64,000 bases of DNA, from the NCBI RefSeq assembly GCF_001194135.2, contig NC_068999.1, forward strand, positions 24,803,255-24,867,254, given 5' to 3'. Made by a program: the position numbers and the translations under genes. Below the pieces are notes generated by a model. The model was given only the letters and a program-made list of their open reading frames with translations, did no database searches and was not told the origin of the DNA. Positions 1-11,843 of this stretch are shown here, piece by piece; position 1 is the stretch's first letter, and each line of letters starts with the position of its first letter. This DNA comes from Octopus bimaculoides (lineage: Eukaryota).

Positions 1-230
1 ATCTGTGTATGTGTCTTTGTGTCTGTGTTTCTCCCTCACTATTGCCTGGCAACTGGTGTTGGTGTGTTTGTTTCCCCATAACTTTGCTGCTCAGCAAAAG
101 AGACTGATAGAATAAGTACCAGGCTTTAAAAAAAAATCTACTAGGCTCGATTTATTCAGCTAAAATATTCTTCAAGGTGGTGCCCCAACATGGCCGCTGT
201 CTGATGACTGAAACAATTAAAGGGTAAAAA
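1..230 (+). mobile_element. SINE family A, 3' module
   Basis: tgttggtgtgtt..cccataact..gatagaataagtac..ggtgccccaacatggccgc..tgactgaaac, repeated throughout the window. Confidence 0.8.
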
Positions 231-811
231 CTAGTGCACTGTACACCAGCTGTTTCATTAAAATGCATGTATCTTTTTCACAAGATGTAAGTTAGAGTTA
301 GAAATGTAGATACAACATCTAGCTCTAAAAGTATTTCCCTCAAATTTCATGTATGTAAGTTACAAAGGCCAATTGGATATGGTATCAGCTTCTTAGTTGA
401 AAATGTCTTGAATGAATTTCTTATCAGTGGCACTGAACTCTCTTAAATGTTACTGTTTAATAGCAGAGCATAAGAGTATATAAGTTAGTGAGAGATCATC
501 TAACTATATTGGAAGGTAACTTGTTGTTTGGTAGCCTACATTTTTCAGAATGAATGAATCTCTAATTGTTGGGTTTATCATTACATTGGTTAAGTGTGGC
601 CGTGTGGTTAAGAAGCTTGCTTTCCAGTCATATGGTCTTGGGTTCAGTCCCACTGTATGACATTTGGACAAGTGTCTTCTACTAAAATCTGTAGTGTATT
701 TATATATATATATTGTATAAAGGATTGTGGGTAAGAGCAGAACAATGCGAAGTAAATGCAAGGCAAATCCCAAGAAAACAAATATATGAATTAATGTAGA
801 CTTACTTTGCA

Positions 812-1640
812 TTCAATATTTTGGAGTTATGACCCCATTTTCAAGAAACTGACGAATGTTGCCAATGTGCGTGTGTGAAATGGACATGTGCAGAAAGGTG
901 TTGCTATAGCAACCAGCTAGCTTCCTGTAACTCTCTTCTCTCGTTGATATTTGGTTTTCTTTAGTGTGTGAAGATGGCCTCAGAGATTCTAAGGTTGCCC
1001 CTGTTCTGCTGTGTTGCCCCGATGTGCACTGTGAATTCCTGGGTCTGACATTTTCATAGATGTTTCTTCATGGAAGTGTCTGCCTGCATGTATTCCTTAA
1101 TGCGTATATGTAGTTTTCTTGTTGTGCTTCCTATGTAGGATGCAACACATTTGCCACAGATGATCTCATATACAACATAGGTCCTCTGGCACAATTCAGG
1201 GTCATTGATGGAGCAGTTTGATGATGTGCACTCCTCGGAGTAATGAGAGGTGTTGTTCTTGGACAGAGCTTTTCACAGGGAAGGGCCAGTGTGCACTATC
1301 TGTATGTCGAGTCCTTCCCTGCGGACTGTGTGTTGTATCGCTGCAGTAGTTCTGTCATCAAAATGTGGTAGCTTTAGGAAGCACATGCCGGATTAGGTGT
1401 ATGATGGTTCTTCCGGGGTTTATTGACCCTGATGTTTTTTAGGCGCTGTTATTTGGTTGAAGATGGTGGGTTACTGAGGAACTGTTTGGTGTTGATGGCT
1501 TTGTTGGTCACTTTGCTGCAATTGTTGTTTATACGTGCAATCTCATTTCTCACGTATGCGGCTTTGGCTCTGGTGTGTAAGGCTGATTGGTAGTGGACGA
1601 AAAGTTTTCTGCTTGTGGAAAACTTTTTGTCCACATGGTT
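812..1640 (-). mobile_element. Penelope-like element 3' fragment (RT C-terminus plus GIY-YIG endonuclease), degenerate
   Basis: Minus translation with stops: HYQSALHTRAK..., then CQRTYVVYEIICGKCVASYIGSTTRKLHIRIKE (GIY-YIG), then LRISEAIF; hammerhead-like relic at 812-848. Confidence 0.85.
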
Positions 1641-1752
1641 CTGGGTTCAGTTTCAACTGTGTGACATTTTGGGCAAGTGTCTTCTACTATAGCCCAAGGC
1701 TGATCAAAGCCTTGTGAGTGGATTTGGTTGACAGAAAGTGAAAGAAGCCTGT

Positions 1753-1799
<47 letters not shown>

Positions 1800-2020
1800 A
1801 GATTTGTGTGTGTGTGTTTCTGTTTTGTCCCCCAACCATCACTTGACAACCAATGCTGGGATGTTTATGTCTCCGTAACTTAACAGTTTGACAAAAGAGG
1901 CTGATAGAATAAGTAATAGGCTTACAAAGAATAAGTTCTGGGGGCAATTTCTCCAACTAAAACCCTTTAAGGTGGTGCTCCAGCATGGCCACAATCAAAT
2001 GACCGAAACAAATAAAAGAA
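1600..2020 (+). mobile_element. SINE family A, full structure (tRNA-like head, internal microsatellite, 3' module)
   Basis: Head ..ggttcagt..gggcaagtgtcttctactatagcc..gccttgtgagtggatttgg; (TA)n/(TG)n at 1755-1818; 3' module as at 1-230. Confidence 0.85.
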
Positions 2021-2440
2021 TATATATATATATATATATGTATATTTATGTGTGTTTGTGTGTACCCTTGTCTAGACATCACATGGTGGTTGTAAATGAA
2101 CATCAGTTTTACAAGCAAGACTGTTTGTTTCCAGTTTGCTGTGAAAATTATGTCCAGCTATGGGGAAATATTATCTTATTTGGCAAAAGGTGAGAGTTGG
2201 TGACAAGAAGTACATATGGCTGTTGGAAATCTGCCTTAACAGATTCCATCCGATCCATGCAAGCATGGAAAAGTGGGCATTCAATGATGATGATGATGGT
2301 CAGTCGTATGTGTTAATCTAATTGTTGGAATTACTTTTTTAATTTAGACCAAAATTTAAACTTAGAAACTGTCCGGAATTCAAACCATCTATTAAGTTCT
2401 CTGTATTCTAAAGTCGTTTTTTTCTTTTTTTTGTTTTCAG

Positions 2441-2535
2441 ATCAATAAACTTCATCTCTGTAAACCTCTCATACGAGCTATTGACAGTTCTCCATTAAAA
2501 GAAAAATTCAGTCTTTCTCAACTTGTGACATACAG
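2441..2535 (+). CDS. PCID2: PCID2 (PCI domain-containing protein 2, TREX-2 subunit), first coding exon visible in window
   Basis: ttttcag|ATC...TACAG|gtaaat; translates [31 protein letters not shown](R), recognisable PCID2 sequence; 95 nt, phase 0 to 2. Confidence 0.95.
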
Positions 2536-2579
2536 GTAAATATGTTGTGCAGTTTAATAATCCTTCTGATTTTTTTATT

Positions 2580-2800
2580 GCCCATGAAGGGCTAAACATA
2601 GAGGGGACAAACAAAGACAGACAAAGGGATTAAGTCGATTACATCGACCTCAGTGCATAACTGGTACTTAATTTATCGACCCCGAAAGGATGAAAGGGAA
2701 AGTCGACCTCGGCGGAATTTGAACTCAGAACATAACTGCAGACGAAACACCGCTAAGCATTTCGCCCGACGTGCTAACGTTTCTGCCAGCTCGCCACCTT
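2580..2800 (-). mobile_element. SINE family B (tRNA-headed)
   Basis: Reverse complement of ggcgagctggcagaa..gttagcac..gagttcaaattccgccgaggtcgactt..ggtcgataaattaagtaccag; many copies in the window. Confidence 0.85.
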
Positions 2801-3249
2801 CAAATAATCCTTCTTCTATGTCAAAGCATTTGGTTCTCATTCCTTTTCTTTATATGTCTGATACAACAGAATTAAATATTTATGATTTGGAGAATAGCAA
2901 TGATCTGCTGCTTACTTTCTAACAACTCGAAGGAGAGACTGGATTGAGAATATTTANNNNNNNNNNNNNNNNNNNNNNNNNNNNNNNNNNNNNNNNNNNN
3001 NNNNNNNNNNNNNNNNNNNNNNNNNNNNNNNNNNNNNNNNNNNNNNNNNNNNNNNNNNNNNNNNNNNNNNNNNNNNNNNNNNNNNNNNNNNNNNNNNNNN
3101 NNNNNNNNNNNNNNNNNNNNNNNNNNNNNNNNNNNNNNNNNNNNNNNNNNNNNNNNNNNNNNNNNNNNNNNNNNNNNNNNNNNNNNNNNNNNNNNNNNNN
3201 NNNNNNNNNNNNNNNNNNNNNNNNNNNNNNNNNNNNNNNNNNNNNNNNN

Positions 3250-3530
3250 GTGGTTAAGAGCGCGGGCTACTAACCCCAACATTCCTAGTTCGATTCCAGG
3301 CAGTGACCTGAATAATAATAATAATGATAATGATGATGATAATAATAACATCGAAAAATACCTTCGGAATGAGAACCCAGGGTCGAAATTTCCCCCAGAC
3401 ACTTGATGAAGGCTGGAGGGTATATCAGCTGAAACGTGTTAACAACAAACAAGATGAGGACAAATATCCGTCAATTGTAAATAATGTAAATAATGTACAT
3501 AATTCCTCATCCCTTAAATATAGAACAGAG
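3250..3530 (+). mobile_element. tRNA-headed SINE with (AAT)n linker and hammerhead-like 3' module
   Basis: TGGTTAAGAGC (A box) and GTTCGATTCC (B box), (AAT/GAT)n, then GACAC-TTGATGA-A-GGCTG..CAGCT-GAAAC-GTGTT; 5' end lost in the gap. Confidence 0.75.
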
Positions 3531-4173
3531 TTAAATTAGTAATGAACTATTGGTATTAGACACTATCTGCAAGGGAAGTGTGGTTAGAATTGTTGATTAG
3601 AAATTAATTAAATATAGAACTCTAAGTAAGGACTCAAACTAGGGAATGTGTATTAGATGAATCCTGGTATGTGACTGTTAGTTATTTTATTGATCCTGGA
3701 AAGATGAAAAGCTAACAAAGTGGACCTGGATGGGATTCAATACATAAAACATGAGGAGTTGTAACTAAATACTGCAAGGTATTTTGTCCTACACTGTTGT
3801 TTCTGCCAATTTTAATGTTAAATATTACTGTAAGCTTTTCTTAATCATTACCATGATGATGATGTATCTTATTTTCCATGTGGGCATAAATTTAATTCAT
3901 TAATATTGATGAACTTATTTGAATACATGTATATAACTCTTACTTGTACAAATATATGGAAAATAATTGTGAGTGGATACTATTAAGAAGACAAAGTTAT
4001 TAAGCAAAGCTGAGTGGTGATTAAAAATCAATATAGTATATAACATTTGCTGAAGAGATAAATCTACAAATAAATCTGATGTGAGACCTTTTATCTGTCT
4101 GTCTAATAACCTATATAATCTTGTCTTGTTAGAATGAAATGATTTAAATTTTTCTCTTTCCATTTCTTACTAG

Positions 4174-4220
4174 GTTTTTTGTGGGTCGAAAAGCAATGTT
4201 TGACAGTGACTTTAAAGCAG
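4174..4220 (+). CDS. PCID2: PCID2 coding exon
   Basis: cttactag|G...GCAG|gtgaga; (R)FFVGRKAMFDSDFKA; 47 nt, frame continuous with neighbours. Confidence 0.95.
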
Positions 4221-5331
4221 GTGAGATCACTCTAAATAACATGCTTGTATAATACTTCCTTTGTAAGAGTAAGAGCTTATAGTTTAGTAATTTTTACTGA
4301 AGGTGGGTTCACTGTTTCATATGTTTACAAAGAAAGACAACATTTCCAATAACAACAGAATCTCTGGAACATGTCTGCGTCTTCAGTGTAACTTGTTTTC
4401 TGACACTCAAAACCACAAAATGAAGAAGCAAATCCATTGTTATACTTATTCATTTTCATCACTTACCACTAGTAATTTGTAGGTGGTTTGCCAATAGTTT
4501 AGCTTACTTACCAATTAGAATTTATATACTTTATTTTATATATTTCTGTGTTAAAAATGAATGACTTCAATACTTTCTTTAACATTTTAAAGCATTTTAA
4601 CTAAAATTTGAAATCTTATTTTTACCATTTATTAATATTTTGATTTTGATTATGATAATATATCATCATCAGCAACATTTTTAACACCTGTTTCCATGCT
4701 TACACAGGTTGAACTGGTTTGCCATACAACATATTCCTAATTCTTTTGATATTTCATCAGCTTATCTTTGAGGCCCAACATCCTGAGAACTTCAAAAAAA
4801 AAAAATATGTCTTGGGGTCAGTTTGTCCAATTGAACCCCTCACAATAGTGCCCCAGCATGACTGCAGTTCAATGACTGAAATAAATAAAGACAAAGATAA
4901 AAGATTATCTTTTTCAACTGATCCTTGATCCTTTTATTTTCTTATACAAAGTCATTAATGCTCTAATCCATGCTGAGGAATACAATCCTTGCCAGTCAGT
5001 GTTTTAATGATCTAATTATGGATACCAAATCATGATCTTCTTGCTTATGAGCCTTAATTCTCTGCAATGTTTATATCATAGACCTCATAGAACTGGGACT
5101 TTTCCTCCTCTGTCAATCCTGCTTGAGGAGCATTTATTCGAAATCTACTTTATCCTTTCTATTTCTGTTCCCCCGTCTATTTCTTTTCTAATTAGAACAT
5201 ATCTATGCTACATACATACAACTCCTACATTTACCAGCAAGCTTTTATTTAGAAGTTAGTAATATATTTCATTTTGTGATAGTAATTAATATTGCTTAGT
5301 AATTAGTATTGCTTGTATTCTATGTTTCTAG

Positions 5332-5432
5332 CTGAAGAATACCTTACATTTGCCTTTGAGAGATGTCATAAAGAAAGCAGAGGGAACAAACGTTTGATTC
5401 TTATTTATTTGCTTCCAGTGAAAATGTTGTTG
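5332..5432 (+). CDS. PCID2: PCID2 coding exon
   Basis: tttctag|CT...TTG|gtaagt; (A)[33 protein letters not shown]; 101 nt. Confidence 0.96.
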
Positions 5433-5829
5433 GTAAGTTTACTGCTTTGTATTTTGATAGATAAATGGAAAATGTTTTGTGTTTTGAAATATTTGTACTG
5501 TTCAAATTAAAGAAATGTACAGAAAAGCAAACGTTTTTTAAAATGAGGATGAAAACAATAAAAAGATAAGAATTATTCCATTTCCATGATTTTGGCTTTT
5601 TCAATTGAAAACCATTTAAAAATAATCTCAAGTATTTCTTCAACGAAGCAATAGTTTCAGATTATGATTAGTCTAAAAGAATATAAATAATATGAATCTG
5701 GTGTTCTAGCATGGTTGCAGTCAAATGATTGAAACAAGTAAAAGTATAAATAGATACCTGCTTTAAACTGTGTCTTAGCTGTCATAAAAATGTTTTTGGC
5801 CGTGTGATAAGAAGCTTACTTCCCAACCA

Positions 5830-5945
5830 TGGAAGAAGTGTGTGGACTGCATTAGGGACTGTGTGGAAAAATAAACTTCATTTGTTCACATTCTATGAGA
5901 GTATTTTTGTCAGCCTGTGAACTTTTCAGCCAGCCCTCATAATTC
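5830..5945 (-). mobile_element. Mariner-type terminal fragment
   Basis: Minus strand TA-TGAGGGCTGGCTGAAAAGTTC resembles the TACGAGGG...GAAAAGTT mariner TIR also seen at 25526. Confidence 0.5.
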
Positions 5946-5989
5946 AGAAAAATGTTTCGAGTAGATTCTTTGGTAATGTGTTAGAAGAC

Positions 5990-6400
5990 ACAAGGAACTG
6001 TCAGTTGCTGATTGCTGATGTGAATTTAACTGACTTTTATTTGGTTGTTGTGTTGGATGTTGTTATGTGTAGCAGCAGTAGCATCATGCCAGAGATTAAA
6101 AGCACTAAGTTCATTGTGGGTCTTGAAGTTTGTGAAGAGTCCGTTACTGATCAAGGCTAAAGTGTTTTTTGCTCCCCGGAGAGGAAGCTAAATCTCTGGG
6201 GTGCAGATTAGGTTATATGATACGGATGAGATCCCAGTGAGGTCAGTAATGATCTCATTTGTAGAAATTTCGATGACTGTAGTTGTATGTTATTCATGTG
6301 TAGAGAGGCTGTAGTTACAACTCTGTTTTCTTGAAATGTATAGCAATTGTATCTTTGTGTAATTAAATGTCACTTAGTTGTCTTGTTCTCATTGAGGACA
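5990..6400 (-). mobile_element. Probable Penelope-like C-terminal relic
   Basis: Minus translation RTRQLSDI*LHKDTIAIHF...HFSLDQ*RTLHKLQ resembles the region downstream of GIY-YIG in PLEs; heavily decayed. Confidence 0.35.
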
Positions 6401-6441
6401 TCTAATCCATGCTTATGTTTGTATACATTGTATTTCCCCAG

Positions 6442-6515
6442 GGTTATATGCCTAAACGTGATGTTTTGGAACGATATGATTTGTTACAGTTTTCTGATGT
6501 AGCCAAAGCAGTGAG
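6442..6515 (+). CDS. PCID2: PCID2 coding exon
   Basis: tccccag|GGT...GTGAG|gtaagt; GYMPKRDVLERYDLLQFSDVAKAV(S); 74 nt. Confidence 0.95.
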
Positions 6516-6944
6516 GTAAGTATGTGGCTTTTACTGTTGAAGAAGAGTAAAACCAATTTTTGTGGGGTGGAGTGTATCCAACTGAAATTCACTCAATTTA
6601 ATACTGATACTTAATTTATTAAGATTACAGAGATACAAAACTAAGTTAAGCCTGGCAGAATTTAAATTCAGAATATAGGGTAGTGAAGCTAAATCATCAT
6701 CATCATCATCATCGGCTCTGTACACCATTTCACTGCTACCCTATAATTTCTACATTATTCATATGTAAGGCAGTAAAACACAGGTTTTCTTGTCTTTGTG
6801 AACTAAATGAATTGGATTGTTAGATGAAGCATCTTTTTTTTCTGAAAAAAATCATTTGCATCATTTTGAAAGTAACAATTGGAACAGAAGTGTGAATAAA
6901 ATTACATTGAAGTAAAAACGTAAACATATTTTTAATTTGGGATC

Positions 6945-7170
6945 ATCATCATCATCATTTAGTGTCTGCTTTCCATGCTGGCATGGGTTGGACAGTTTGA
7001 CTGAAAACTGGTAAGCTGGAGAGCTGCACCAGGTTCCAATCTGATTAGGCATAGTTTCTACAGCTGGATGCCCATCCCAACACCAACCACTAGAGTGTAA
7101 TGGGTGCTTTTTATGTGCCACCAGCTTGGGTGCCAGTTACATGACACTGGCATCAACCACAACTATGATT
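6945..7170 (-). mobile_element. Repeat family C (RTE-type 3' end with (GAT)n tail)
   Basis: (CAT)n-ttta..gctttccatgctggcatgggttggac..ctacagctggatgccc; similar copies at 13035-13530 and 58640-58875. Confidence 0.7.
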
Positions 7171-7424
7171 TCATTTTATATTTTATATTTTATATGTAAT
7201 CAAAAAGAATTGGTACCATTTTCTGCAAAAGAAATTAATAAATTAGAAAATTTACATTCCAATTAGTTACACAAACATAAAACTAAACCCTAAGATAACT
7301 CATTAAAGTTTAAATTAATCTACTCATCTCTTATCATTTTGAACAGTTCTGCTAATTGTTTAAAATTCTACTAAATCTACTTACTAAATTGAGGTTGTAA
7401 ATGTTCTTTTGTTTTGTTTCATAG

Positions 7425-7550
7425 TTCTGGAAATCTTTTACTTCTTAATGAAGCACTGCTACAGAACGAAGCCTTTTTTATTAAATGTGGAATTTATCTA
7501 ATTTTGGAGAAACTCAAAATCATAACCTACCGTAATCTTTTCAAAAAAGT
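7425..7550 (+). CDS. PCID2: PCID2 coding exon
   Basis: tttcatag|T...AAAGT|gtaagt; [41 protein letters not shown](V); 126 nt. Confidence 0.96.
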
Positions 7551-8389
7551 GTAAGTGAATATTAACAAAAACCTTTTAGTTAATAGAAAATAAAATACAT
7601 TCATTATTTTCTTATGTTAAAACGTGATTAACTGTTATTATATGAATGATGAACTGAATACTCTTTTCATAACCTGTTTAATTATTTATACTTGTATAAT
7701 TGTTTGATAATTTGTCTGCTTTTAAAGTAGATTGTGAGTTCAAATAATTGTTTAATTCATTACAATTCTTTCATTGTCTGTTAGAAATACTTCCAACTAC
7801 TGTAATTCCCATCATCCAACATGAGGTACCAAAAATTTAGGTTCCATGTTTCTATCTAGTTTGTTTGCTTGATTGATTACTACTTGAGTGTCCACCTTGG
7901 TTATTCAGAACCAATCGAATATAGTTGAGGTCCTTTTTTATTTATTAATCACTAATTAAGAACAAAAATTAAAATTTTATTTTTGCTTGTTAAACTCCTC
8001 AAGCTGATCCCAATGACAAGGAAATTAAAAAATGATTGGTGCTTAAGCAGATGCTGTAGCCATCATCTACCTTCTCAACCAGTGAGTGACGATACTCCCT
8101 TTCTCTGTCTGTTCCACTGTTGAAGCCTTGGGTAGCGATGGATTGCTCTTAGTGTGGAGCCTCTACCACAACCTTGTGAGGTCATCGTGGACAGACAATC
8201 ATTTGATTTACTCAAGGATTAAACTGTTTCGGAACTAAATACTGACAAATCAAATGTGATATACAGTGTTTGCATGAGCAGCTTTCCATGCACATTTTAT
8301 TTTCATTGACATTCTTATTGATACTCTTTGAAATTCTTTAATTGCATTCCTTGAACTGTTGTTATGTGTAATTCTGTTTTCCATTTCAG

Positions 8390-8456
8390 TTATTTGATCC
8401 AAAAAAGTCACCAGCTTCCTATTGACTCATTCACTACTGTTCTGAAATTTATGCAG
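8390..8456 (+). CDS. PCID2: PCID2 coding exon
   Basis: catttcag|T...ATGCAG|gtctgt; (V)YLIQKSHQLPIDSFTTVLKFMQ; 67 nt. Confidence 0.93.
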
Positions 8457-8559
8457 GTCTGTCTAAAATCTCTTATGTATCTAGACTATTATGGATATCT
8501 TCCTGATCTATATTAGTGTGTAAAGTGGTGGGTGACAGTAAATGGAGTGTTGCGGGATC

Positions 8560-9290
8560 ATCCTGAACTTTGTCCCCCCCCCATGTCTTCCTAGCTCTCC
8601 TTCTGCAAACTCCATTCACATTAAATGATCAACACTTCTTTATACAGCTTTCTTCATTCACATGCATTACATGTCCCTACCAGCATAGTCTTTTTTCTTG
8701 CACACTACATCTGATACTTCTCTCAGCACATCTGCACCATGTTCACCTATACTTACATTCACATCCTACAGAATATGTTCACTTTATTTCTTTCTTGTCC
8801 TCTCATGTCCTCAGCCTTCAAGCTTTGTGTCTCGCTATCATGCAGCATTAAAGTATTATATCTCACTATCATGCAGCTACTACCTCTGTTGGCAACAGAA
8901 ATAGTAGCTCCCTGAACTTTCTCCAACCCATTCTTACTCTGACTAATATACTTTCAGAACAACCACCTTCCTTGCTAATTTGATCTGTTAGGTAACAGAA
9001 GCTATCAATTACTTCTAGTAAGCCATTTGGGCATTCAAGAGAATCTTATTTCCAGCCTGCTGCTTGTACAGTCTGTTTATGTTTTTACTATAAGTTTGTT
9101 TCTGTTTGTGATTCCATTACATCTTTTGTGTGTCCATAGCTTACTTAGGATACAATGTATAGAGATTATACCTACTCCTTTTCTGCATATTGAACTAGAT
9201 CATCTCCCCGTCTACTTTCCTATTTACTCAAACAATGTTGTTCTGAAATATTATTCCTCTCATCAAGACTTCTTTGGCACATCTTTTAAA
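8560..9290 (-). mobile_element. RTE LINE fragments, degenerate
   Basis: Minus strand gives SICRKGVG...KLWTHKRC (same PHD segment as the 17360-20146 element) and an RTE C-terminal W.GHV...GR.RKTW relic. Confidence 0.75.
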
Positions 9291-9447
9291 CCTGAATCTC
9301 ATATTGATATTATTATTATATTATTATTCTGTGGTGAGCTGGCAGAATCGTTATCACACCAGACAAAATGCTTAGTGGCATTTCATCTATCTTTATGTTC
9401 TGAGTTGTTGTTGTTGGTGGTGGTGGTGGTGATGGGGAAGTGGAGAC

Positions 9448-10410
9448 AGTGAGCTGGCAGAATTATTAGCATGCCAGACTAAATGTTTAGTGGCACTTCA
9501 TCCATTTTTACATTCTGAGTTCAAATACCGCCAAAATACTTTGCTTTTCATCCTTTTGGGGATCAATAAAATAAGTTTCTGTTGAACACTGGGGTTGATA
9601 TAATCGACTTATCCCCTCCCCCAAACTTGCTGTCCTTGTGTCAAAATTTGAAACCTTCAGTTGAGCTCTGGGGTCAGTGTAATTGACTAGCTCCCTCCTC
9701 CAAAATTTCAAGCCTTGTGCCTATAATCAAAAGGACCACCACTGCTGCTACTACTATGCTGGAGAAAATGTTTAGTGGCATTTCGTCTATCTAAGTTCTG
9801 AGCTCAAATTCCACCAAAGTTGACTTTGACTTTCATCCTTTTGGGGTTGATGAAATAAGTACCAGCTGAGCACTGGGATCAATACTTCTGTCATTTTTTA
9901 TTGTCTCTTTCTTCTTTGGTTTTTGTTTTTTTCCCCCTTTTTTTCATCTCCTTCCTCCTAATTCTCTTCCTTCAGTTTTCTTCTCCTTGCAAGGTTGAAT
10001 GTTCTGCTGGTGTTTACTGACATAAAGAGTGCTAAGACTAGAGAGATTATGTGTATAGATCTGCAATATCCATTTTACAATGATATTTTCAGCAGTGATC
10101 TGCTTCAGATATCTCTGTTGCAGATAGGATTCTGTGAGTGAGAGGTGTCCTTAATCTTTGATAAATATTTCTTGCCTTTTCCTATTTCATTAAGATGGCA
10201 GTGAGCTGGCAGAATTGTTAGCACACTGGGCGAAATGCTTATTGACATTTTGTCTGTCTTCATGTTTTGAGTTTAAATTCTGCTGAGGTTGACTTTGCCT
10301 TTCATCCTTTTAGGGTTGGTAAAATAAGCACTAGGTGGGTACTGGGGTTCGATGTAATCAACTTACCCCTTCCTCCAAAGTTGCTGGCCCTGTGCCAAAA
10401 TTTGAAATCA
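9448..10410 (+). mobile_element. Cluster of SINE family B copies (9448-9730, 9755-9885, 10195-10410)
   Basis: Repeated gtgagctggcagaatt..ttagca..aaatg.ttag..gagttcaaat..gactttg..tttcatcctttt. Confidence 0.8.
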
Positions 10411-10440
10411 ATATTTTGTTTCATAAATTATATTTTGCAG

Positions 10441-10497
10441 GTTGAAGACATTGACAATGATGAAACTGAATGTATTTTAGCAAATTTAATAAATGAG
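10441..10497 (+). CDS. PCID2: PCID2 coding exon
   Basis: ttttgcag|GTT...GAG|gtaagg; VEDIDNDETECILANLINE (winged-helix part of PCI domain); 57 nt. Confidence 0.95.
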
Positions 10498-11512
10498 GTA
10501 AGGACTTCTTTTTTTTAAAATTCCTAATTATTCTATTTCATTTTCATGCTTAAACAGAATTTATATAATCTAATAAAGATTACAGCATTTCTTAGAGTTG
10601 GGATCATACATTAAACTTACTTCTCCTTAGAGCTTTCACTTTTTTAAAATATCAGTCAAGGATTTTGAAAAGACACAAGAATTTTCTGTTTTTATATGTT
10701 TCTGTTTTTATATGTATTTAATACTTTTCTAATTATAAGAACACTTTCTCCCCTGTATTTTTTATCCTCATAAACAGCTTCAAATATCTGTTTTTACCAT
10801 TTCATTTAACCTTCTTGTCCATATTTATCATTTCAACTACATCTGCACACAATCTGGTTAACAAACGTCCCTGGATATATTTACTTAGCCAATATTTTTT
10901 GTTATTATTTTGTATTAGACATAAAGTTTCTATATTTTAGAGCAGCGGATAATGGGGAGTTATGATATTCATGCTCTTTCTCAAAAGTACTGACTATGAG
11001 AAGTAGTATCACCAGAAATTCAAACTAGGATTCAGATTTAACTCTCTGAGACCTTACCTGTTCATCTTTTGAATTCACTATTGTAAGAATAACAGATGCG
11101 GGGAAATAATAGAGCAGCAGACTAAATGTTTTGCATTATTTAGTTTTATTGTTTTTGTTTTTGAGTTCTGCCGGAGAGTTGAACAAGGATCTCCCCTTGC
11201 AGGGACGCCAAGCCAAAATGTTTATGTAAACCTTAATTATATCCACAGAGACTGAAAAGAATTTATTGTATAGAGTAGAATACTGTAAACCTGGAGCTTT
11301 TACTATCAAACTGTAGTTGCATAGTACCTACAGGAGACAGTAGGGTTGAACAGTAGTATGTTATGGTTGTGAGTTGTACTGCTGCCATATAGGAACTAGA
11401 ATATAATGGTTGGGTAATGCCTGTTTATAGCCAAAAAAATGGCTGGAGGAGAGGAGTTCAGAGAACTTTAGAGACATTAGTTAAAGACTTAGAACTAGAG
11501 TAACATTTAGAT

Positions 11513-11843
11513 CAGGGGTTCTCAACCATTTTTTATCTGTAGACCCCTTTGGTTACTATTTTATTCTGATGGACTCCCATAGCCATTCATTGTTTAAAAA
11601 CTCCTATTTTGCTTCATCCGATGTTTCAAAATTCCTATTTTGCTTTTCACACATTAACTTGCATAGAAAAAGAAACCCAGCTGTTTTTTGCAATACATAT
11701 CAATACTTACATCTAAAGCAAAATTTTTTCAGGAGCCCTTAAAATGCTAATGTGGATCCTCATTTTACTATTTTGTTATGTTGACCCTCTAAAATCTTAT
11801 ATGGACCTTCAAGGGCCATATGGACCCTGACTGAGAACCACTC
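11513..11843. mobile_element. hAT-type MITE
   Basis: Termini CAGGGGTTCTCAA / CTGAGAACCACTC; 8-bp near-perfect target-site duplication ATTTAGAT (11505-11512) / ATTTAGAG (11844-11851), matching the NTCTAGAN-like Charlie target. Confidence 0.8.

Noticed and set aside
504-812. 102-aa hydrophobic minus-strand ORF
   Set aside because: It spans a SINE head fragment and a (TA)n tract, with no splice context or homology recognised.
3250-3300. tRNA-like sequence (A and B boxes, loop CTACTAA)
   Set aside because: 5' half lost in the gap, non-standard ACT anticodon, poor acceptor stem, and it continues into a SINE body; treated as a SINE head, not a tRNA gene.
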